A stretch of 64,000 bases of DNA, taken from positions 3,009,576-3,073,575 of the forward strand of contig MU057887.1 in assembly GCA_013265495.1 (NCBI GenBank), given 5' to 3'. The translations under genes were made by a program, and so were the position numbers. Origin of the DNA: Vicugna vicugna. Lineage: Eukaryota. Every line of letters starts with the position of its first letter. Position 1 is the stretch's first letter. Shown here piece by piece: positions 48,560 to 58,230 of the stretch. The notes under the pieces are model-generated. The model had not been told where the DNA came from, did not search any database, and was given only the letters and a program-made list of their open reading frames with translations.

Positions 48560-50250
48560 TGCATCCTGTCCCCAGGGAGACAAGCTCCTCACCCGGGAAG
48601 TCAGACGATGCAGAAACAGACTCGCAGGGAACAAGGAGGAAACTGAAAATAAAAGCGAAACGGAAGATGGCCCGATGGAGCCTGGGGAGCGAAGGTCGAG
48701 AGAGAAAATCAACCCCAGAAGTTCATCATCAGAAAGTCAGACGTTCTAGGCAAAGAAACAGAAAGACGGGAAGGAAGACATTGTCAAACCCACAAAGCTC
48801 TCCTGGGAATCAAGGGGTGAGTTATCAGGCCGGAAGTACAGAGACGTTTTCAAGTTGCTGTAGAGAAGCGTGTTACAGCTCAGTTGTGACAGCAGCCTGG
48901 ATCCGGGCGAGAGACCAAGCAGCACTCAGAGGATGGAGAACTCGGGTTTATTACGCCAGCGGGCCCGGAGGAGTTTACATTCCAAGCCCTGGAACCGTCT
49001 GTAGGTTTACACAGGCCTTTATAGGCTGCCAGTCTACACTTTGCAACATCGTATGCAAATAAGGTATAGCAAAAGTTGGCTAATTAGGAACAAGCTTTGT
49101 AGAAATGGACCAATCAGGTGGGAGAGAAATAACCAATCAGGAGTGAGGGAAATGGACCAATCAGGAGTGAGCTCCATGCAAATGAAGTACTACAAATAGA
49201 CCAATCAGGAGTGAGCTCAGGGAACCAATAGAATTTTAGGGGTAAGTTCCACTTTCCTAGAAGTTAGCCGTTTCAGAGGCAAAGCGTGAGATCAAGCCGC
49301 TGGGCCAGGGAACCGGACGGCGCTGGCAGGAGAGTAGTGGCCCTGCCTGGGGGTCCTGCCGGTCTTATGGGGCTTCCCGCCTCAAAATAGTGAAAAAAGA
49401 CCAGCTCTGAAAGCACATGACTGTGAAATGCCGGAACATTGTGATGGGAAGAAAGACTTAAAACGGTCAGAAAGAAAGGAGGACTAATCACGCAACATTA
49501 AAAAGATCCAGAACCAGGGTCGGATCGGCATTCTCAGCAGCCGCCCTGGGCTTGGGGAGCAGCAGCGGTTTTCAGCTTGGATTTCTGCAGCTTTTCCAGC
49601 TATTGTCACGTTTGAGGGGAGACCTGCAGGCTGTGACGAGGCTCCATGCCCCCCGAGTTCCCCCGGGAAACCGCAGGTGCTGCCCGGCGCGCAGCGTGTG
49701 TGTGGAGGGTGGCAGTCGCCCGGTCTCCAGCCCGGGCAGCCCGCTCAGGGGTCAGGGGCTCCGGGAAGGGCTGCCGGCGGGGAGGAACCTCCTGGAGTTC
49801 CTGGCGCATCGACCACACAGAAAAGAGGTTTTCACTCCAGCGTTCTGATAAGTGGGTGATAAGCGCCGAAAGGAAATGCTAACACGAGGGCAACAAAACG
49901 TGTTACAGGAAGTAAAGCCTGCCGGGGCGGCCGTGACTGCTGTTTGCATATCGGCAGCTCTGCCAGCGCCGAGCCTGGATCGACCGGCGGCGGGGAGGCA
50001 ACGGGAGCCCCTCCGGGGAAGGCTGTCGAGTTTGGAGGGGAAGCGATGGAAAATGAAACCGTCACTCTCGGTAATAGGAAATCAATGCATATATAATCTA
50101 AAGAAGAAAAAACCAGGAAAACGCAGTGTAAGCGCGTTCCTGTGGAGGAAGCGGAGGTGAGACAAGGAGAAGGGACGACTCGATTAGGACGCTTTGCTTC
50201 GGAAGGGCAGGAAGGGCAGAGCGCGCTGCCGATTTTCCTTAACAGCCCGG
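48560..50250 (+). mobile_element. L1ME-like ORF1 region remnant, split by a solo LTR
   Basis: agagaaaatcaaccccagaag...ggaagacattgtcaaa (left of the LTR) and aaatagtgaaaaaagacc...gcacatgactgtgaaatgccggaac...cattctcagcagc (right) are contiguous parts of the L1ME ORF1 pattern. Confidence 0.65.
48856..49384 (-). mobile_element. Solo ERV LTR (ERV1-like)
   Basis: On the minus strand it starts TGAGGCGGG (49384) and ends ...CAGCA (48856) or ...TAACA (48871). It has an ATTGG/CCAAT array at 49110-49229, TATAAA at 49018-49023 and AATAAA at 48947-48952, in U3-R order. Flanks aagt (48852-55) and aaat (49385-88) may be a 4-bp TSD with one mismatch. Confidence 0.85.
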
Positions 50251-53200
50251 AGACGCTGTTCGCCCCGTTCACGTGCACCTGTATTGCGCTGCTGAGAAGG
50301 AAAAGTGGCTCCCGGGAGGGGCCGGCGGACGGAGAGCGGCGCGTGGCGATGGACAGGCGAGGGCGCGGACCCGTTTCTTCTGGCCACAGTATCCGACATT
50401 TGGATACTGGGGACCCTAAACTGAGGGACGGAGGTGTACGGTCAGAACCTTCCCCAGTCCTTTAAGAAGACAACCTTGTGTCCCCTGAGAGGCGCAAAGC
50501 CGTGATGCCAGCCTCGTCCTGAAAATGGTCTGGGGTGACGGCCCAGGGGTTTGCAAACGTCTCAGCCCCTCCTGTCGGGCTGAGATGCTCGGAGATCCAG
50601 GCGTGGCCAGGTGCCCCCCCGACACCCCAGGATTCACACGGAGCGCAGGACCCGCCGCCCCGCCTGGCAGAGCAAACCTGACCCCAGAGAGTGGGCTCGT
50701 CTTTGGAGGCCTCCGGAGAGTTCCACCTGCAGCCCTGGGGGCCCCACGCAGCCGTGACCCCTGCCCGCCCAGGGCGGGGGGCCCTCCCTCTGGGTGTGGA
50801 CTGGAGGAGAAGGGGTGACCAAGAGCACGATGCGCCCAGTGAGGACCCCAGGAGAGGGAGACATCTGGACCAAGCTGAGAAGGCTGGTTTTTCTGATTCC
50901 AGGTGAGGGGCTGGGCCGGCGCCCGCTGCAGAATGAGTCGTGTCTGATGAGGAGCAGGGCGGCAGGGCAGCTCGGGGCTGGGGTCCAGCCTGGGTCTGGG
51001 CGTTCTCCTCACTGACTCGCACAGCCCTGAGTTAAAGGACCCTCCGGGGCCGATGAGAGCCCACCTCCCAGACCCGGGGTCCCCCTGGCAAGGGCGGCCC
51101 CGCCGAGGCACTCGGGAGGGAGATGGGCCTCCTTGCGGACAGGCATCTGACGCCGCCACGTTGCGGGCGTGCGTAGGAGGGCGGCGTCCATTCACGCCGG
51201 CTGTCGGTGATGTCCGAGTTGAGGCCACAGCTTCCTCCCTGAGCCTGTGGGTGTTCGGAAAGGTGGTTGCTTTCTTGCAGAAGCCATCGTCACATCATGC
51301 TGTCATGAATTTTGATCATTTTATGAATATGAACAATATTTTCAATTTCATAACCATTTTGAACACCGTGTGAGACCAGTTCTCCTCCACCTACTGAGCC
51401 CTGGGGTCGAAGGTAACGCAGCTCTGGCCACACACTGGGTAGAAGCTGCAGCTGGCCGGTGCCCACTTGCTGTATAACCACCCCTTCTCTGGATTGCAGA
51501 CCCCAGACTCTGCTTCCCCGACACTAGAGCTGGGGGTGGGGATCTGGGCAGAGGTGGGGCTGGTGGGAGTGGGCTCCGGAGAGGGGTTCTCCTGGCAAAC
51601 TGGAGTCACAGCTCTTCCCTTCCAAGGCCAAGATGCTTCTCCGAGAGGGATGCACACATCTGTGTGCAGATCTGGCAGGTGGCAGAAGAACAACCTGCTT
51701 CCAGGAACAGGACCCCCCCTGTGTGGACGGCCCGGGGCCCCTGAGTGCCCACCTGTGCCCCTGGCCAGGGTTTCCTAAGGTCCTGTCTGTAGACAGAGAT
51801 GTCCTGGGCTACATGAGGGCAATCACCCCCAGGGCTGGGGTCCCTGCCTGCCTCGTCCTTGCAGGGTGGCCTATGTCCTGCACACCCAGGACGGACAGCC
51901 AGCGTCCACGGAGCAGGTTGGGGTGGGGATACCGGGCACAGGAACCTGGATCTGAACCAGCCTGCCCATCGTGGCGGCAGAAGGAGCACCAGCTGTGCTC
52001 TGAGGCTCCGGCAGCCGGCTGGTCCCCATTTCCTGGGACCCTCCCCACAGCCGGGGACCCTGCAGTTCTGGGTACCTGGGGTGAAGTCATGTAGTGCGGG
52101 GAGCAAGGGGGCCTCACTCTCTGATGCAGGCCTGGCCCTCCCGTGCCGGGACCAGACACCGGCCTCCTGACTCAGCAGAGGAAGATGGGGCGGGGATCAT
52201 CAGTCCCCACGGTCTCCGAGATGCCGGAACAGACACTTCCAGGAGCTCAGGCCGCGATGACACAGGGGGGAGGTCCTTGCAGCCCCGGGGTCAGACCGGA
52301 GGCATCTTCTGGTCACCTCTGCCAGTCTCGCTGGGCTCCTTCACACACCTGGGGTCACTGGTCCAAGAGGCCAGAAGTCCCAGATGGAGCGAGACGGAAC
52401 CCACTGGATGAGCACGTGCCTCACTCTGTCGGCCCCATCACGGAGGGGAAACGGGCACACCCGGCTGAGGAGTTCCCGCATCATACACGATGGGGCCACG
52501 AGTCCAGGGGTGAAAAAGCAGGGGCCCCCCGGAGGGGAGAAGGGCAGTGAGCAGGACACAACTGCTGGACAAAGAATAAAAGTGGCCATAAGTGAGCTTT
52601 ATGAGAAACGCACTGCCTGTCTGGCTGGCTCCCACCCGCGGGGGAGGCAGCGTGGCTGGGGCGGTTCTCTGGGGCTGGGGCAGGCCTGTACCGCGCTCTC
52701 CCGGGATGAGGTCCGGGGGCCCGGCTCCAAGCCCATGGAGGGCCCCCAGGGAGGAGACCTCTCGGCCGTCCCCGGGCATCATGGCGGCTTTTGGGGCCGG
52801 CCCCCCGCCGCCTCCTCTCGGCCTCCTAACGGTCCTCACTGCTGGTTCCACCGTTATTTACGCGCTTTGTGAAGGATGGAGACTCGATCTGTGTTGCTAA
52901 GTAGGACCAGTATTATTCTGGCCCAGAAGGAAGTCTTAAATAAAAACATTCCCATAAAGAAAAATAAGTTATTCCTCTAATGTATTCAGAATGTCCTCGC
53001 CCAGCGTGCAGATCCATGTAGCTCTTAATAATTTCCTTGCCTGTCTGGCATCAGTACACATGTGATATTGATTTTTTTTCCTCAGCAAGTGTAAGAAATA
53101 CACATTTTATTTACTCTTCAAAAAATCCCCGGCACCCACAGGCTGCTAGTTTACAACCGGCACGGAGCGCAGCAGTCAGCAAAACCGACCGAATCTGGGG

Positions 53201-53879
53201 GGATCCCCATCGTTCTGTGGATGAAGCTTGGCCGCTGCCCAGCCTGAGTGACAGGCCAGAGGAGGTCCAGGCGGCCTGCCTGGCGTCGCAGAGGACGTAA
53301 TCAGCGGCCGCCTGAGTCATTCGGGAGCCTCCTTTGCAGATGCGAAGGGCTGGGCTGGTGTCCCACAGACGCATGAGGGCTAGTGCTTCTGGGCGCGCTC
53401 TGGACCCCGTCTCCTTTGTCGAGGACCCTCTCACACCCCCGGCACTGGGCATCGTGCCGGCCTTCTAGGGGCCCGTCGGCTTGTTGACACGGGGGCCCTG
53501 CAGCAGCGTCGCGGGGCTCACGGGGGCCCGGGAGACGGTGTGTGTCTCCCCCCACAGGGTGGCTGGGCTTTGCCGGCTGTGGGCTGAGCTCCAGAGATGA
53601 CGGAGCCGGCTCAGGGAGGAGGGAGACCCGCACGGACGCCCTGACCTCAGGGGCCCTGCTTTTGAAGGAAAGGCTGGAACGTGCGGCTCTGCCTTCTCAG
53701 CGCTAACAGACGCCCAGGGGCTGACTCCAGAGGAAGCTGCCGCAGTTCTCAGGTTCTCCATGAGCATCAGGGGCACCTAATGCCCTGCAGACACACTAAT
53801 GTTTGTGTTACGTCTTGCTGGTCAGATAGGTGCGAGATAGTCAGGCGGTCAGTCACGTAATTACAAATAAAATAAAAAC

Positions 53880-54520
53880 GCCTTCGTGCGTCTGCTGACC
53901 CCTCCTCCTCGGGCAGCTGCCCCTGTCCTCGCGCCCCGCGTTAGCTGCGAGCTCCGCTGCCGCAGCGCGGCGCGCTCCCGGGGGGCGGCAAAGGCGTGTC
54001 TGCACGGAGACTGGCTCTTCATGGTCAGTGTGCTCCCGAGAGACTTGCTGAGCGCCCGTCTGCCCCTCGAGGTCGCCTGTGGGCTTGGCTGGCACCCGCC
54101 CTCTGGAAGCTGTGTGGGTCAGGGGTGTCCGGGTTCCAGAGCGTGGCCTCGGGGCTTTCTGCTGTGAGGAAGCCGCTCCACCCAGGGCTGCGCACAGGTT
54201 CGCTGGCTTCTTCCTCTCCGTGCTCTCTGTGTCGCTTTTAGAGACTCTGTCTACCTTGAATGGGTTGCGATTAGGTGAGAGGTAGGAGCGTTTTGTTACT
54301 GAGACCAGAGGCCACTAACGCTCATAGCCAACGACATAAGCGCTCCTCTCCGCAGAGGCCAGGAGCCCGGGGGCTGGGCCCCGCGGCAGGGCGGCGCCTC
54401 GGGCTCCACCCCGCCTCATCCTCGGCTCCCTGGGCCAGGGCGGCACCGCGCCTCGCGCCTCCGGCTGCGCGGGGCTGAGCCTCGGCGACGGGCGGGCCGA
54501 GGGCTCCCCGAGTGCCAGTC
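53880..54520. promoter_or_regulatory. CpG-island-like segment
   Basis: Dense CG dinucleotides (ccgcagcgcggcgcgctccc; ggcggcaccgcgcctcgcgcctccggctgcgcgg), judged by eye, not computed. Confidence 0.55.
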
Positions 54521-54799
54521 TCCTCCAGAATCTCCTTTGAAAAAGATACTTCCTTTGTGTGAACGTTACCCTGTTTGTGCAGCGTCAGAGGCAGGCCCGC
54601 TTCGATGCTGTCTGCAGTGACCCTCTCTCCGCGTTGCAGCTGAGCGGTGACATGCCAGGGGGCTGGGATCGCGTTTCCTAGGCAAGCAGAGGTGCCTCCT
54701 TCTTTGCCCACGCCTGTCTGTCTCACCAGTCCGGCTTAGACTCCTCTCACGGGGTCTGGGCCCCCACTTGCCCTGAGCTCTGTGGGGTGGATGTTACCG

Positions 54800-54960
54800 C
54801 TCCTGAACACAGTTTTCCCCTTCCTCGCAGCTTGCTGCCAGTGTACAAAATAGCTGTTAATTTTTTGTTTGTTTATTTTGTATCCAACCACCCTAAAAGC
54901 CACATTTTATTGCAATGGTATGTTTATTCTGCGCAATTACAAATGGGACATTAAGGGAAA
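54800..54960 (-). mobile_element. Short L1M remnant
   Basis: ttgctgccagtgtacaaaatagctgttaattttttg...attttgtatccaaccacc resembles reverse L1 ORF2. Confidence 0.55.
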
Positions 54961-54968
54961 AACTTCAT

Positions 54969-55091
54969 TCTTTTTTGGGGGGGTGGGGAAAGGTGACTAG
55001 GTTTAGTCTTTTTTTAAATGGAGTTACTGGCCATTGAACCCAGGACGTCATGCGGGCGAAGCATGCGCTCTGCCCCTGAGCCAGACCCTCC
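54969..55091 (-). mobile_element. Camelid tRNA-derived SINE (Vic-1-like)
   Basis: The reverse complement ggagggtctggctcaggggcagagcgcatgcttcgcccgcatgacgtcctgggttcaatggccagtaactccatttaaaaaaagactaaacctagtcacc...cccccaaaaaa has A and B boxes and a tail like the camelid SINE ggagggtatagctcagtggtagagcgcatgcttagcatgcacgaggtcctgggttcaatccccagtacctcc. Confidence 0.85.
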
Positions 55092-57379
55092 GCACCAAGG
55101 AGGAAGCATTCAGAGGCCAAGGGTGGGGGGTTCTGAGGTGTGTCTGTTCCTCCGATTCTACATGTGGTTTTCAGAGACGCCAGCTTTTCCAGGGGCTCTG
55201 GCCTGGAATCCCCGAACTGCGCACAGTATAAATCAAGGCCTCGTGTGTGAGTGTGCGCATGTGTGTGTGTGCGCACACACGTGCATGCACACGACACATG
55301 TGCAAAATGAGCGTGCGGATATCACTGAAAGTAAACAGACTGTCCAGCTCCAAATACCCTGCCTATTCAGAAGCCGGCTGCCGTGGCTGGCCAGAGCCCG
55401 CCTGAGCCCCGCAGCGCGCTCTGCCTGGGAGCATGTCCGGAAGCCCCAGTCTCACATTCGTAACACAGTGGACGAGACAGTCCTGCACACGAGCAGGGTG
55501 CATAGTAACAGAAAACGCAAAATTAATAGAGGATGTAAATAAATAGGCAGCTGAAGGGAGAGGAAGTGTTAAGAGCTGCTCAAACTCATTTTCATTTTAT
55601 TCACAATCATACTACTGTTGTCCTACTATCTTGCACCTATTTGACAGGGACACTTAAAATAATTGTCAGCGAGGCTGCAGGGTGTCAGGCGCTCCTAATG
55701 TGCATGGTGAGAATGAGAATTACAGCGATGTTCTGGGAGCAATCTGACCATCTGTTACCATTAAGAGGACAAATTTCCTTTGACTCGGAAGCCCAGAGAG
55801 TCTGGCATCCGGGGGCCGAGTGGGGGTCAGCACTGCAGTTTGCCACCGGCTAGGCTTGAGTCCAGGGCATCCGTCCCCCAGGCCTCTCCACCTCCCCCCA
55901 GCGTCCTCCGTGCTGGTCCTCCTTCCGGCCTCCCTTCCTCCTGTCTCCCACCAACCACCCCCCTCCTCCAGGAGCCCTGGGCTGTCTCTTCCCATCACCG
56001 CCCTCTTGTATCAGCCTGGCTGTCCCGTGTGTTCTGCGCTGCCCGCACCAACATGCCCCCCACCAACACCCGTCCAGACCCGCACGCCCGGCTCGCGCGA
56101 TGCACTAATGGTAGGTTCCTTCTGGTCACGTGGCAAAGCATCCCCTGGACTTGCACTCAGGCCCCATCTTTTGTTCACCCATCAACCTGTCATTCCAACC
56201 TGACCTGTCTTGTGCTGACTCCTGAGTGGTGCCCTGACGGGGGTTGGCCTGGAACACAATGGGAGCAGATGCACAGGGACCAGGAGAGCGGAGCAACTCT
56301 GAAGAAGGAGGAGGAAAAGCGTTCGGAGATCCCGCTGAGGTCTCCACCCCTGGGCCCGGCCGGGAAGGCGAGGGGGTGCCCTTGGGGAGCAGGGTGGAGG
56401 GGGTGCTGTTCCAGGAAGGGGGTCTGTGAGCAGAGGCCTGAGAGGCCGCAGGGGGGTGTGGGGAGCTTGCAGGGGGAGCTGGGCTGGGCCTGGAGGAAGT
56501 TGGCTGGAGAGCCCTCAGGAAGGCGGGCCCCGCGCCTGCACCCCGCACGGATCCGTGCCACCTCCCTGCACCTGGAGTGGGTCCTGGCCCCACCGCCTTT
56601 TCCAGGTGGGCTTTCTTGGCAGAGGCGCAGGCAGAGGCCTCCGGGACCCCCCTGAGGCCGTTCTCATTAGTGACCTTGAGGCAGCAGTTTGGCGCCATGA
56701 GTTTGCGTTTACAGAGGCTGAGCCCAGCTCCGGCAGGTGGGGAGCGGGTCTGGACTCAGGATGCAGTCGCAGCCCTGTCTTATCCCCACGCCTCGAAGGG
56801 CAGCGTCCGTGTGGCCTTTTACTCACAAAGGCTCTCCTCCCAAACCCGCCTCCAGACCCCTGACCCCCTAACAGCCACTGTGCCGACCTGCCGGCGTGAG
56901 GATGCTGGTGCCGCCTGAGACAGCACACCCGGAACAGGGCCCGGATTCAGGAGCCCAAATGCTGTCTCCCCCGCGGAGGAGGGAGGAGGGCCTTTGTGAA
57001 AGTCGGCAGAGCCACGCGTCCTGAAGACAGAGGCCGGGGGCCTGGGGCTGGGGGCTGAGCTCCCGGGGCGCGGGAGGGCTGCCCTTTGTGACCGGACAGA
57101 GACCAGGTGCTAGAGGAGGGGCCGCAGAGCCGAGGAAGAAGAAGGGCTGGGGAGGGAGGGGCGGGGAGAGGGGCTGGGGCGGGGCCCCAGGCTCCTTGGC
57201 TGGTCCAGGTAGAAGACCCGACCTGCCCCTCAGTCCTGGCGGCCTGGAAATTCCTGCGTGAGGTCTCCTGTGTCCTTCATTTGCTCTTTTGTGAGTCGGG
57301 GGCAATGACAGTAAAGGGTCTCCACGTGCCAGGGTCACCTGTTATCACCCGCCTTCCCTCAGTCCCCGGACGGAGGGGG

Positions 57380-58230
57380 CTTCTCTGTGCCCCTCCCCCG
57401 ACAGCCGGGTGGGGGAAACCGGGAGCTGGTACCTGACCTAGCCGACGGGCCCCGGACCCCTCGGCGAGTCAGAGACCCGGCCCCTCCGTCCTGGTCCCGC
57501 CCTCCCTCCCCGGGGCTCTGGGAGCCGGGGCGGGGAAGATGCGCCCCACCCACGGGGTGTGGCCGGCGAGGCTGGGCTGCTTCCACGCCAGCGTCCCCCG
57601 CGGCCCCCACGCCCTGCTCCGCGGCCAGAGGGCTCCTCTGACTCTGCTCTCGGGCCCCTAGCGCTTCCCCTCCTCCGGCCGCGCGGGGGGTCAGAGCCCG
57701 GGAGGCGGGCCGCGCCGGGCCGCGTGGAGGGTCTGGGATGACCACTGGGTGCGGGTTTGGCCTTCAGCCCACGCTCCCGGGGAGCGCTGGCGCTGGTCGC
57801 CAAACCCCCTTTATGTTGGGGGCGGGTCTGCACGCGGATGCCCCGAGGAGGCTGCGTCCAGGTGGCCTTGCGGATTTCTGGAACTTTCTGTGGGTCCAGG
57901 GCACAAGCGGTGCTGTCCTCACGGCAGAATCAGGCTCAAGCGGTGCTGTCCTCACGGCAGAATCAGGCCCTGCAAGGCCCCGCAAGGCCCCGCTGCCGGA
58001 GCAGCGCCCTGCCTTGTTGTCATTCAGCTCAATTTTATATTTAAACCTGACTTCAAAGTTACATGAAATATTAAAACGGAAGGTTCTCCGGCGGCCTCCC
58101 CGGCTGCTGGCCTATTTTTAGCGCGAGCGCTGGTCCCTCCGAGCAGGCAGGGGCCCTGGCCCGGCTCGCTGCTGTCTGCAGGGAGCGCAGGGGCCGGCCC
58201 GGGCCCGGGGCCATCGCTTGAGCCCTGAAT
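57380..58230. promoter_or_regulatory. CpG island with GC boxes (no associated gene recognised)
   Basis: Very high GC and CpG density, ggggcgggg and cccgccc Sp1-type motifs; judged by eye. Confidence 0.65.
57904..57968. repeat. Tandem duplication, period 33 bp
   Basis: caagcggtgctgtcctcacggcagaatcaggc occurs at 57904 and 57937, followed by a 10-bp duplication gcaaggcccc x2. Confidence 0.95.

Noticed and set aside
55018-55091. tRNA gene
   Set aside because: The A/B boxes belong to a diverged tRNA-derived SINE with an A-rich tail; there is no intact cloverleaf.
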